From NCBI GenBank assembly GCA_002269645.1, contig NIVC01000256.1, forward strand, positions 1-48,049: a DNA stretch of 48,049 nt, written 5' to 3'. A program made the translations under genes and the position numbers. This document shows, piece by piece, positions 12,394-24,283 of the stretch (position 1 is its first letter; every line of letters begins with the position of its first letter). Under the pieces are notes generated by a model, which was not told where the DNA came from, did no database searches, and saw only the letters and a program-made list of their open reading frames with translations. The DNA is from Macrostomum lignano. Taxonomy: Eukaryota.

Positions 12394-13430
12394 ATGTTGG
12401 ATGACGGAAAAATTTACCCCAACGAGGACAAGGTCCAGGCCATCAAAAGCATGCCACAACCTAAGAATTTGGTGGAGCTGGAGTCCTGGCTCGAGCTGGA
12501 ACAGAAAGATGTATCGTTCAGGTGGGAACCATTCAAGAAGATACAGTTTTCAAGAATACGATGCTGCGATCATACGGCCCCAAGCTGCCCATTGAACTGG
12601 AAGTTGATACTGTTGGTAGGAACAAATTTGCTTATGTTTAACGCTATATCGTTTTCTATTTCAAATCCTGCAGCTCGGCAAGTGAGTCGACCAGGTTCAG
12701 TTTTCATTTGCAGAATTAATAATGTGCTCGTAGGAGCTATACTCTCGGGCACACTCGGCTCCAGTCACAACCCAAATATTTTATATACAAACAGACACTT
12801 CACAGAGGCTCTTGGAGGTGTTGTAAGTCAGGATGGTCAACCTGTTCTGTTCATAAGCAAGGTCCTATCTTGGGCGGAGACAAACTACTCACATATCAAG
12901 TGGGAGGCTCTTGGTATCGAAATTCGCAGATGCCACAGGTTTCTATGTTGAAGGAAGTTTAAACTGATCACAGATCACAGGCCACTTATCTTACTAGCCG
13001 GGAGTTCTTCCAGCGCGAGCTTCGACTGAACTTCAGAGGAGGGCCATTTTCCTGACCGCATATGATTTCGAGATTTCGAGTTTCGAGTACCGACGAGCAA
13101 AGAATATGGCATCTGATGCTCTTTATTGTCTGGTGATCCCACATAAAAAGAAGCATGGATCGAGATTCACCATTATCTGTGCAGCATTCACGGATCGAGC
13201 AGTTTGAGTCGATAAGAACAAACATGGCCGACCATAGCCCAGGCCAGGAAGACACACCATCTGCACCTAGGTCCTAGCTTTGTGTGGCCAACGGTAGAGT
13301 GACACCCTGAAATGTTTGATAGTGCCTGTTGAGGATCGAACTACGGCCGACCTTGCTGCCAACTATCACTCGGTGTCTTTCAGGCACTCGCATCTTGGCC
13401 CAACCACAGAATCAGATTCACATTCACTTT
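12394..13430 (+). mobile_element. Degenerate Ty3/Gypsy pol remnant (RT connection, RNase H, start of integrase)
   Basis: GKIYPNEDKVQAIKSMPQPKNLVELESWL; GGVVSQDGQPVLFISKVLSWAETNYSHIKWEALGI; RKFKLITDHRPL; SWPNH..IHI. Many stops and frameshifts. Confidence 0.85.
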
Positions 13431-13829
13431 TGACAGGCTGTATTTCAATATTGACGACAATTGGCGTTCAGTTTTGACAGAGCCGTCTTCTAAATTTGAC
13501 AAAGTCCTTTTACTTCTAAGCAAATGCTCACGAGTTACAGCTTATGAGAATTTTCTCAGACCCCGAAGTAAATACTCAGCTGAATAGCAGTTGCTCAATT
13601 CAGCATGAACGAAAAGGCTGCTTTAACTGGCGAAAAAATCGAAAATGATGACAGAGTTCATGCCAGAGATTGCACCTTCGTGGGGGAAGCTGTAACTAAA
13701 GCGGCATTCAACTGATGTGTACCGAGATTGGTAGTATCCGGCGACTTTTCTGATTTTCGCAGCCAAATACGCAGCTCTTGGCGTCGTACTTCCTTGACCC
13801 GTGGAAGTGCACTGCGACTCGTACAGCGA

Positions 13830-14380
13830 ATGGAGGTGACCCTGAGCTACCTCGCCAATCCAGGATTTCAAACAGGGATTGCCAGCTAGTTTAAAATCCA
13901 TCAGCTGTCCGTTTCCAAAACTTTGTGGCAGGTTGTGCCGAGCATCTGTTTCCAGTCGCATTTGTAGATCAAGTGGCCATAATCAGGTCCAAGCAAGCGC
14001 TGTAGGTAAAGCTGAGGTGGTAAGGAAAATTCGAGTAACCATTGGCCATCATAGACACTAATTATTCTTACGATCTAGTACGTTAAACGCCACAAATTCG
14101 CGTCAATCAACGTTCAGGCCACCTGTGATAAAAGGTACAGATTCATGACCAGCTCGGTGCACGATTACAGAATTTTCAAGAACTCCGGCATCTACGTTGA
14201 TCTGACCAACAGCCAGGGAACTTTACCTCTTGGTGACAAGGGCTACGGCATCGCTCCCTTCATCATGAAGCCATTAAAAATCCAGACTCGCCGAAACAGG
14301 CTCACTTCAATCGAGTGCATTGGAAGGTAAGAGTCGTGATTGAAAATGCGTTCGGTCAGCTGAAGCGACGCTACTCGATC
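13830..14380 (+). mobile_element. PIF/Harbinger transposase remnant 1 (DDE_Tnp_4)
   Basis: MEVTLSYLANPGFQTGIA..IHQLSVSKTLWQV, then SSVHDYRIFKNS..LGDKGYGIAPFIMKP and RVVIENAFGQLKRRY. Disrupted by stops and deletions. Confidence 0.8.
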
Positions 14381-14689
14381 CTAAAGTGGGGTCGCTGTCT
14401 GCAGGTCCTCACAATAGACGTATCTATCTGATAGACTAGGTTAATAGCAACTTAATGGGAACGTTCGTTAACGACGATTTAACGTCAAAGCAAAGTCAAA
14501 GAACACCATTTAAGGGTGTTCTGATCTACGAGCTTGCTTGCCTCTTAAACTTGCCATCAAATTTTGCTGCCTACACCTGGTTTATTGTGTCATGTTAGCT
14601 TCATTCTGTATTATCGCCTGATGATGCCGACGGTTCGGCAAAACATGTCGCGAAAACATCAATACAGAATGAATTGATGTATTGATGAA

Positions 14690-16390
14690 TTGAAAAAAAC
14701 CGTTGCCATTATGTTTACCAGCAGACTACGCTGGAACATACGTCCTCTGCAGCTCTACGGCAGAGATATTGCCTTCGCGCACCAGACCAGATGTCTCGGG
14801 GTCACACTTGACCACCGGCTCAACTGGTCCTTCCACGTGAAAGCAAAAGCTAAGCGTGCCTCAGCCATCCTGGCCCAGCTCCGACGAGCACTTGGCACTT
14901 CTTGGGGTCTATCCCCAAAGCGGCTTTGGTGGATCTATACTTCCGTAGTTAGACCTGCCATTACGTACGCCTCTGTTGTCTGGGTTAGCGCTACCCAGGT
15001 CAAAAGCCATGCAGACCTGCTCAACACGATCCAAGGCAGAGCGTGTAGGCTCATCTGCAACGCCACCAGGTCCACGCCCTTTGCTGGCATGGGGGCCTTT
15101 CTTAATCTTCCGCCTCTTGACCTCTTCATCAGGGGTGAGGCGGCTAGAACGACGCGGCGTCTAATTGATGCCGGCGTCAAATTCATTTACATGAGAGCAC
15201 CTGCTAAGCGGAACCTTGTCCCGCATAGCGATCTGTGCCTCAACTTTCTCAACGAGTGTCAGGCCAATCGCGTCTTCACCGATGGCATTGCCTCAACGCT
15301 CAACCTGAGACAGCGCTACTCCGTAGCTATCGACTCGCGCGATAACATCAATGACCATTGGAACCCTGGTGAGCTTCATTGCTACACCGACGGTTCTAAG
15401 CAGTCAGCCAACACCGGCTTTGGTGTTGGAATCTTTCTGAACGGGAGGGTCATCGCTACCCACGCTCAATACACTGGGGTCAACTCCAGTGTTTTCCAAA
15501 ATGAAGTTCTGGCCATCAGCTCCTGCACTGCAGAGCTTCTCGCCACTGGCGTTACTGGTAAGAACATCATTTTCCATTCGGACAGCCAAGCTGCCTTGCA
15601 CGCCATCAGTGGCTGCAGCACCAACTCTGCTACAGTCCTTGACTGTATCAAACTCCTCAATGTGTTGGGTTCCGCCAACAAAATTACCCTTAAGTGGGTT
15701 CCGGGGCATGTGGGGATCCGAGGAAATGAGTTGGCTGACACCCTTGCAAAAGTTGGTGCCTCCGGCTCCTCTCTCGGCCCCGAACCTCTTGTCCCGATTC
15801 CTGGCTGTGTCATCGACTCGCGCATCAAAGCGTGGATCAGGACTCAGCACCGCTCGACTTGGGCGAACCGCACGAACTGCAGGCAATCCAGAGGCGCTGT
15901 CCCTCAGCCCTCTCACCAGCTCCGGAAGCTCCTCTTGCGCCTCTCGCGCAGAGACATCCGGGCTGCCACCATGACCCTCTCTGGTCACGGCTGCTTCTCC
16001 AGGCACCAGTACCTGCAGGGCAACGCCACCAACGCCACCTGTAGTTTCTGCAACTCAGGTGACGAAACCGCTGAGCATTTCGTCAGCATCTGTCCCGCCT
16101 TCACGCGGGCCAGACTCACTTACCTCGGGCCACACACATCTATTACTGAAGCGTGCAAACCCGAAAACTTTAATCAGCTCATGCGCTACCTTCGGGCCAC
16201 CCGCAGGGCTGAACTCTCCTTTCCAGAGAGCACCATAGCTGCTGGCGACACTGGGGGACCTCCCTGGGCGGCGCCAACCCTCCGTCCATAGCGACGCGTC
16301 GGCCGTTCAGGGACTAGCGGAATGGGCGCCCGCGCCTTCCCGCTGTGTCCCCTCCGGGACAGCCCTGCAGCTAAGTCAAGTCAAGAGCTA
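14690..16390 (+). mobile_element. 5'-truncated non-LTR retrotransposon (LINE) with RT thumb, RNase H and CCHC knuckle; I-superfamily (Loa/R1-like) architecture
   Basis: Uninterrupted 533-aa ORF 14690-16291: KTVAIMFT..LGVTLDHRLNWSFHV (RT C-terminus), YTDGSK..E..DSQAAL..WVPGHVGIRGNELADTLAK (RNase H) and CSFCNSGDETAEHFVSICP (zinc knuckle). A short GC-rich 3' UTR ends in AAGTC repeats at ~16372-16385. Confidence 0.92.
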
Positions 16391-16394
16391 AGTA

Positions 16395-16940
16395 GCTCAG
16401 GTTTTGTTAATGTGCTTGGCACCATTGCTTTACGATGTCTTTCGCTGACATTAGTCTCAGGACGTTCCAAGCTCACGGACGTGCGACGGCATTTCAATAA
16501 ATTCTAATCCCTCAGATCTACGCGCTGGCTGAAAGCTTCACATTCTTAAATCTGAGGCGCAAGACATCGAAGTCAGTTAGGGCGTTGCGCAGCGGCTACT
16601 AAAAGCATCAGATAAAAGCATGTTTTCAGATTGTGAAGAGCTTCTTCTAGACCACTTTTTATGCGGTTTGAACGATAAGGCAAAAAATTACTGGTAAGGA
16701 CTTATGCAGCCATGTCCACGAATTGAGAGCATCATGAAGGTAGGAAAGAAGTTCAACACCAAGACTCCTTTAAGACCCATTCGACAGGCAGACAGTTTGG
16801 CATTCAAGAAAATTCCCCTTTCAAATACCAGCTGCTTGAAATGTGGTGTAACACACAAAAATAAAGCTGAGTGTCCCGTGGCCGTAAATGGTAAAGACCT
16901 GCAGGAGATGTGGAAAATTATACCACTACGAGGCACTGTA
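16395..16940 (+). mobile_element. Ty3/Gypsy gag remnant with paired zinc-knuckle-like motifs
   Basis: Frameshifted pieces: ALAESFTFLN..; AQRLLKASDKSMFSDCEELLLDHFLCGLND; CLKCGVTHKNKAECP followed in another frame by KTCRRCGKLYHY. Confidence 0.7.
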
Positions 16941-17016
16941 AATCAAAAGGTGATGGACAGCACTTTTTGCTGCAGACGAAGGGTGTACATGTACAATCAG
17001 ATGATGTTCTATAGCT

Positions 17017-18455
17017 GTTTTTGCATGCTAAGTGAGACATTTTTCAAGCAATCTGAGACTGAATAGCAAAAACACTATTGTCTATGGCCACCCCTCGCTG
17101 CAGCCCAGCTTTTTGGGATCGCCTTGCAAGCAAAGTGAGAAATTTTTTCAAGCTAAGTGAGAACCATTTTAAAAACAAAGGCTGGGCTATGGCAAATCAA
17201 CTGCGTCTAACAAGCAACGAGGATAGAGAGCGCCTGGTCAATGCCGTCGAAGATGGTTACTCAATTTCGACTGCATCCAAAATCCTTAATCTGAACAAGA
17301 AGACGGCCTATCGGATATGGAGTCGCTACGCAGCTACTGGTGAATTCCATGCGTTGCAACGCGGTGGCCGCAAGCCGGGGTCAACAAAAATCGATGCTGA
17401 AATGCGGAACGTCGTTGAGCAGATAGTTGAGCAAAATCCCTATGTTACTCTGACGGATGTGCAGAGAAAACTGACTTTGGAGTTGCCACAAAAGCCGGCT
17501 ATCTCTGAATCCACCATTGCTAGAGCGATGAACTCCATGCTTATCTCACTGAAAGTCGCCACCAAGGATGCCGACGTGAGGCTTGCTGCGAATACACAGG
17601 ATGTGATACAAGCGAGGCGCGACTATGCTATGATGATGACGGGACTGCCTGTGAATGACCTGGCTGTGTTTATCGATGAGACTGGCTACAACCTATGGAC
17701 GAGTATTTTGGAACTGGCTAACATCATACAGGCCGATGCTCCTGGCAGACGAGTTATTCTCATTTTCGATGGTCCAAATTTTCACCAAGGAATTGAGATA
17801 CCTAAGCAGTTTGAGGATCTCATTCGTCTGCAAATTTTACCGGCGTACTCGCCGTTTTTGAATCCCGTGGAGATGGCGCACAGCGCTCTTAAGAATGAGA
17901 TTAAGCGTCGCCTTGTAGAGCCCGCAATCGTGGCTATGGAAAACGGTTGCCCACCAGGCATGACACGAGATGATTGGCGATACATGCTGATGGATCGGCT
18001 TGGAAGAGAATCGCTGCATGTCATTACTCCGCACAAGATCGCAGGCTGGGAGCTCCACTGCACTCGAAAGTTTGCTCAGTGTATCAACATGCAACCCTTT
18101 ATTTGAACGCTTATAACATTATCATCAATTTTTGTACCGCTTGTTTTGTTGTGTTCCTGCGTATCCTTTTCTAAATATATAGTTTCCAACAGTACATCAT
18201 TTTGTAATTTCGTAAAACCACCCCTTTGTTTTCAATATGGTTCTCACTTAGCTTGAAAAAATGTCTCACTTTACTTGCATGGCGCGCCCAAAAAGCTGGG
18301 CTGCAGCGAGGGGTGGCCATAGACAATAGTGGGCAATAGTTCTGAGTTCTGAGTTCTGAGACAATAGTCAAAATGTTCTGAGACAATATGCAAAAGTTCT
18401 GAGACAATAGTAGTCTCAGATTGCTTGAAAAAAGTCTCACTTAGCATGCAAAAAC
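17017..18455 (+). mobile_element. Tc1/IS630-superfamily DNA transposon with long composite inverted repeats
   Basis: Inner inverted repeat 17073-~17180 vs ~18222-18331 (CACTATTGTCTATGGCCACCCCTCGCTGCAGCCCAGCTTTTTGGG...). Outer inverted repeat 17017-17060 vs ~18408-18455 (GTTTTTGCATGCTAAGTGAGAC..TTTTTCAAGCAATCTGAGACT). These enclose the transposase ORF. Confidence 0.9.
17189..18106 (+). CDS. Tc1/IS630-like transposase, open frame but with an apparent in-frame deletion in the catalytic domain
   Basis: HTH region (ISTASKILNLNKKTAYRIWSRY, GRKP), FIDETGYNLW (D1), LIFDGPNFH (D2), LPAYSPFLNPVE (E). Only 30 residues separate D1 and D2, and 33 separate D2 and E. Confidence 0.8.
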   Translation: MANQLRLTSNEDRERLVNAVEDGYSISTASKILNLNKKTAYRIWSRYAATGEFHALQRGGRKPGSTKIDAEMRNVVEQIVEQNPYVTLTDVQRKLTLELPQKPAISESTIARAMNSMLISLKVATKDADVRLAANTQDVIQARRDYAMMMTGLPVNDLAVFIDETGYNLWTSILELANIIQADAPGRRVILIFDGPNFHQGIEIPKQFEDLIRLQILPAYSPFLNPVEMAHSALKNEIKRRLVEPAIVAMENGCPPGMTRDDWRYMLMDRLGRESLHVITPHKIAGWELHCTRKFAQCINMQPFI

Positions 18456-18847
18456 CAATACTAGCTACATGCTGAATTTTTGCTTTATGAATATTGATTG
18501 AAAATTTGTTGCTTCGCTTTTGTCTAATTATTTAAATAACACATAATTTTTGAAATATTTATATTTTTTAAATATACTATATATATGTTATTTATACATA
18601 TATTACTTATGTATATTTATAGTGTGCTGAATTTTTTAAGCTGTTGGTACCATAGAAGACATACACATGTAAGTAAATTTTTAAGGGGGCATTGGAGATC
18701 ACTTTAGAAGTTAGGCATTGACAACATGATATGCCCATATGTACTGTAGGAGTGATCCTTGATTCATACATGTAACTGAAAAGTCGGCACTATTCACACA
18801 GACCATGTGGATAACCACTGCCAGTTTTATTCTGACAAGGCACCTTT

Positions 18848-19252
18848 GTGCCTCGGACCTATATGTGCCAAATTTGTGATAGACAGACAGTATTGCCTTT
18901 TTCAAGCCAAGTGAGACTTCTCTATGGACATTATTTATTTTTTATTTTATTGCTTTATTGCTTTGCCCAATTTGTGTCTACAATACGTCGAAAAGACACT
19001 AAGAATCTTGTTAATCCCGTCGGCATCATTTCTGCCTCCTCTAATTCTGGAAAATCCACAGCAATGGACTTTATTGCTGATTGCTGTGACAAAGTAGAAA
19101 ATAATAGCAATCTTAAAGACGCTCTTAAGATATCCAACGTTGATTTTGACAAGTATAACGCGATTCGCACCGCCTACTCTGAAAGGGACTTTAAAGAAAT
19201 CAGTCAGCATTTCACTTTAATTCGCTCCATCGCGACTCGGAGATTCAATTGA
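18848..19252 (+). pseudogene. Degenerate P-loop NTPase fragment (possibly DUF3987-like), probably TE-derived
   Basis: NPVGIISASSNSGKSTAMDFI is a Walker A-like GKS motif preceded by a hydrophobic strand. The surrounding frames are broken and I could identify no other motif. Confidence 0.3.
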
Positions 19253-21153
19253 CTGCCTTCATTGCTGCCTGCTGTATACTGAAGCCATTCTTTTCAACGA
19301 TTATAGAAGTCGCAAACATATTTGAGTCGTTTTTGCAATCCGGTATCGAATTTGATAACTGTCTAAGTCAAATGTCAAAAAAGCTGTCTCTACATTGTTG
19401 CTGGAAAGGTGCGATAGTGCTGAGAATTCTTGTTGCATCTTCATAATGGAAGACCCGGCCTCTAGAAATCAGCTAGAGGCGGCCCGGCGAAACTCGCTTG
19501 GAACTCCCGACGAAACGAAAAAGCTATTATAACGAGTTCTGGGGCCGACAGCCAACCCAGCACTTTGCACCATGCCATCTTCCCAGAAGAGAATGAAGCG
19601 GAGAATAAGCAAAAGAGCACAATATTTCCATTCGAATCGGACGACACAATCACGTTCCATTCTATAATCCGGCAGTCACTGAAGGCAATGATGGGCCTTT
19701 CAACTTCTCGTCTCCATGTGACGTTTGTTGTCGATTCGCGTGTTTGTATTCCTAATCGAGACGAAAGTAAAATATGGTTTCCATTGAGACTGCTTCCAAT
19801 AGATCAGTTTACACCAGTTTACTTTTTGTCAGTGCCACTTCTGGGTCCCTGCAACTCAGGCTGTATCCGCGAGTACATCATAAGAATTCTTGAAAGCTTG
19901 TCACAGCAACCTCAATAACGAATCCTGGATGTAGAAAAGACTTGTGTGACTATGTGGACTCACTGAAACAATGCGAAGATTCAGTGGCGGTCGAGCAGGC
20001 AACAAAGGCTTCACTTAATCTATCGAATTCGCCCGATTCTAAACGGTTAAGCTATCAGGATAATCTCAGGATAATTTTACTCTTAAAAAGTTTTGCTCTG
20101 GATTGCGAAGACTCGCCACCTCTTTATGACTTGATTAAAGCAGTGATGGTTGACGGATTTCAGTCTTTATTACAGGCAATAGCTGCTGGTGTTGCAATTT
20201 TACCGGGCAGCTACAACATCCGGCACGACCAACTGTGCATGATTAATTACCGCTCCAGTTTGAAGACGCTTGAATTCCTTCTGGCACGACGTCAGAACTG
20301 TGTTCTACCGCGAAGCGCTTGCGCGCGTCGGGACATCAATTCGAGGAAATTCTTCGTCATTATGATAGGACGAGTCTGTGGCTCATTTTTAATATCCTGC
20401 AGGAAGGCAGACTATATAAGTACACCCACGTGGCCGACATATTCCCACGTCTTACAGCTCTGAATACCTTTCACGAGACAAGCCTTGAGTATAGAATTGA
20501 GCAGGATACGACTATCGAGGTTTTAGGAATGACACAGAATATTTCGTCCAAAAAATAACTGTGCCGTTTTTCTGATGAACGACTACTACTCACCAACGAC
20601 TAACAATTGGAGAGTCGTTAGTGACAAGTGCGAAATTTATCTCCACAGGAAACATCTGCTCCTGATTCTACTGGCGCCGACTTCCTGCTTCTGTTTCAGA
20701 CGAATAACAGAGTTCTTGTTTCGTTTATTGAAGGTAAGTGGGGGTTTCCATGTCGATTTAATTAGTTTTTTTCTTATTGGTCAGCTCATGTTTTATCCAC
20801 CACGTTGCTTTAACCCTACGAACAAAGAAGAATTATAGTAAGAAAGTACTTATTACTAATTTGCGTCGTTTCTTAAAATCTATAAATTTCGCATCTTCAG
20901 AAAGTCCCGTCAGTCATCACCTCAAGATTGTGACGGTGCATTTGATGAACAGGCAAAGTCATATTCACTCTGTTTTAATGACACGCGGTTAAAAAAAACT
21001 TTTTTTTGGAATAATAGATGTTTGAAATTTGACTGAAACCGTTATTATTTCAGTAGACAAAGTGTATTTTAATCAAAATCCCAGATTCTGAGTGAATATG
21101 CATAGCCATTGGGTTTCAGTGGTTACGTACATCAGACAATACATGAGCAGTGA

Positions 21154-21522
21154 TTACCAAGTATTGTAGCATCTCGAAACGTCAGGATTGTTGCATGCTG
21201 AATACATCGGTGCAAATATTGGGCAGAGCGAACACTGCATCACCTCGCGCTTGTCGGCGTCGCCCCAGTCGTGTTTGACCATATCGCCCAAGCAGTACAT
21301 CATATTCATTTGGGTTACGAGTTCCTTGTAGTCTATGGCAATGAGAGGCTCATCTGGGCTCATTCCAAAATCGTTCATGAAGCCCCGGATCAGCGCTTCT
21401 TCGTAGCCCGGAACGACCTCTGTGCCGTAATGTGGGAAGCAGATGCTGCCGCCACTGACGCCTGTGGCTGCCACAAGCAGCAGCACGACGACTCGAGTCC
21501 GAAATTTCAAACTGAAGTTCAT
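21154..21522 (-). CDS. Small secreted six-cysteine protein, 122 aa, unknown family
   Basis: ATG start; signal-peptide-like N-terminus (MNFSLKFRTRVVVLLLVAATGVSG); Cys at 28, 77, 97, 100, 110, 118; a KR dibasic site at 91-92. GC-rich island in AT-rich flanks, upstream TATAAAA and downstream ATTAAA (plus-strand TTTAAT at ~21068). Confidence 0.75.
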   Translation of the reverse strand: MNFSLKFRTRVVVLLLVAATGVSGGSICFPHYGTEVVPGYEEALIRGFMNDFGMSPDEPLIAIDYKELVTQMNMMYCLGDMVKHDWGDADKREVMQCSLCPIFAPMYSACNNPDVSRCYNTW

Positions 21523-21593
21523 TGCTCAATCGGTATTTCAGTGCTTTAACTGATTTTGAAACTATTTAGCCTATAATCACGATACACGCTTGC

Positions 21594-21600
21594 TTTTATA
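21594..21600 (-). promoter_or_regulatory. Candidate TATA box for the secreted-protein gene
   Basis: TATAAAA on the minus strand, 72 nt upstream of the ATG at 21522, with a TCAGTT Inr-like motif at 21548-21553. Confidence 0.45.
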
Positions 21601-22384
21601 TTGAATTCGACAGCTAGGAAGTATTTCGGTGATTTTTGCAATTAAAGTTTAATGCCAGCGTCTTCAAACTGGAGCGGTAATTAATCATGCACAGTTGGTC
21701 GTGCCGGATGTTGTAGCTGCCCGGTAAAATTGCAACACATGCAGCTATTGCCTGTAATAAAGTTCTGAATTCTTGAAAATACGGTTGAACTTACTCGTTT
21801 TGACCAAAACTTAAATTTTTTAATTTAAAAATCATAGACTGTTTAAATGCATTGATTAGAACGTTACGAGTAAAATAATCTAGTCGATCATGAAATTTTT
21901 AAAGAAGAATTTTCTTTGGTTACTCGTGAAAACGATTGACTCTGCCCTCCGAACCCATGCCAAACCTGTCAAATTTTACTAAGAAAGCCTACTTTTGGTA
22001 CACGGCTTTAATAGTTTAATGATGGCGGTATGCTGACGTTGCGCTGACGTGCGGAATTCTGCCGCTGTATTGTGCCGCCAAACTATGGAGAATTTTATTA
22101 CCTGTCTTCCTGCGTTTTATGTAAACCTTTTTTTCTTGAAATTTTTTTTCAATCAAGTGCTAATCCTCATTTCTGCTAGTTCAGATGTTAAGATTAAGAA
22201 ATCAAAGGCCAGTCCCTGGCCAGTGACAGTTGCCCAAAGCAGTTGAGTTTTAGGAGTAACTCCGATATTATATTAGTTAGCCATGCAGTTATACAGTTAG
22301 CTAAAGTTAGCAGATAGCAGCAATGGTATTCCATTCATTCTAAGTATGGCAAGCGAACGATTGACTGTCATTTAAAGGTTTTTC

Positions 22385-23250
22385 GTGCCCTGTAATCCGG
22401 CAACATTATGAGAGTTTCGGTGTCACTTGAACGTGCGGTAGAATTGTGCTATCGTGAAGGCAATCATGTACGTGGTAAAGTACCTGAACAAGGGATCCGA
22501 AATGGCTGTTTGTAGCCTTTCACCGGAGCCGCGCGAGCGGGCAGAAATGACCAGGTTGCTGTGCATTTAATGACACGATATCTAGGACCAAATGAGGGCA
22601 TCCAAATAACCTTGGGCTTTGACATCAGCAGTCGCTGGCCTTCAGTGATACAGTTGTGCGTTCACCTACCGGGTGAAAACCGTGTTGCATTCAGTGAGCA
22701 GACTGCAGCAGGAGTTGCAGCCAAAGTGTCGCCAGAACGCTGACTTTCGTTGAATTTCGTCAGAATGACGAGTTTGCACGTAACGTTAACATATCGAGAG
22801 TTGCCGCGTTACTATGTTTGAGAAGCAGGCAAAAAATATGGCAGCGTGCTAGCAAAGGAAAACGTCGCGCACGTTTTCAAGGCGTGCTGAAACGCGAATG
22901 TGTTGGTCGAATGTACGCCGCTACAAGCAATGGGTGGTAGTTCGCTGCGCGACCTTAGTCTGCCGGAGCCTTTTCTGTTGCTCTTTACCAGGAGGCCAGA
23001 CGTCACATTCCGTATTTAAAACTCCTCTGTCGTCACCACCACAAGGTGAATGTTTTTGCTGAATTAGCAAACAGACTTCTGCTCTGTTTGGCGGAAAAGT
23101 TTCAGCATGCGAAATTAATTGCGTGGGATGAGGCTGGAATGATAGAGATAGGCGGAGCCTGGAGACCGTGGAGCGTAGCTTGCTAGACATCGTATCGTAT
23201 AAAAGTTTTGGTGGAATTACAATTGTATTAGCACAGGGCGACAGAAAGTA
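22385..23250 (+). mobile_element. Helitron Rep/Pif1-helicase remnant, internally deleted
   Basis: VPCNPATL*EFRCHLNV..AIMYVVKYLNKGS; RYLGPNEG..GFDI..PSVIQLCVHLPGEN; LTYRELPRYY (post-Rep region), then AKLIAWDEAGM..LETVERSLLDI..FGGITIVLAQGD (Pif1 motifs II/III). Confidence 0.85.
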
Positions 23251-23982
23251 CTACTAGTACTTGATGTTGCTTAAATTATATAGACTGCGCTCTGGACCAC
23301 ACTTTGTATCTCATACACAGTATTTGTGTGCAGCACTGATTAAGCTGAAAATAGGCGAGTGTTCTTTTATTCACAACTCTAAAATTGGATTATTTTTGTA
23401 CAAAAATAGATGACGAGTATGATTGGCATAGCAAATCAATCAAAGGTTTTTAAAATGAATTAATGAGGCATTTGTTTGACATTAAGACAGGGTATGAACT
23501 AGTAGTTTAACAAAGTTGTATTTATCGCCTTTATTGAGTCTTAGTTCTCTTACTAGTCTCTTAGTTGCCATACAACCTAATGTCGAGGATAACCACTCAT
23601 ATTTGATCCCTTGACCAATAGGTGCTAGTTGCCATGCAGTCAGATGAGTACACTGCACCAGATTCGATCCCTTGACGAATGGGTGCTAGTGTGCTCGAAC
23701 TGCTCAAAGTCGATCTGCCGAAACCGATGTGCAGCAGAACGCTCGGCTTACTGTCGATTCTGCTCGAACTGCTCAAAGTTGGTCTACCGAAACTCAAGTG
23801 GAACGCAAGTACACCAGGCTGGAGTCCGACCGATTGCGAGCAGAACGAAGGAGGTGGGATTCTTTTCAAGGATTGCGAATCGCACAGACATTTTAATTCT
23901 ATTTCATGTGTAGCTCGTAAACATGAAACTCTGCTGGCCGTGAGTGTGAGGAAAAATGTTCCATTTTTTTGGGGGGGGGGAG

Positions 23983-24283
23983 TGTCGCGACTTTCCTAGT
24001 CATTTCTTAGTTCACCTTCACTTGTCTCTGTTTACTCTGTTTTCTCTCTCTGTCTAGCTCAATCTTGTTATTCTTATCTGTCTCCCTCGCCGCCTTCTGA
24101 TTGGCTCTCCAGTCTCGCCTCTCTCTTCAGTCGCGCACTCCACCCCCTCTCCTTATTATCTGGAGTCAACCACCCTCTAAATTATTCATATAAATATACT
24201 CGTTTGGGCCCTGCGCCCCATTTACTGCTCCAATTTAACTCAAATTAACTAGTCTTTAGTTTAGTATTAGTATTTTCCCTACA
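23983..24283 (+). mobile_element. Probable LTR (TG...CA) preceded by a PPT-like G tract; duplicated at ~41003-41303
   Basis: TTTTT-G10-AG directly precedes TGTCGCG. There is an internal TATAAATA and the segment ends ..CCCTACA. No second LTR of the same element is visible. Confidence 0.45.

Noticed and set aside
21154-21522. Calling the secreted protein an insulin-like peptide
   Set aside because: It lacks the A-chain CC-x3-C-x8-C and B-chain C-G-x10-C spacing. Kept only as an unassigned six-Cys protein.
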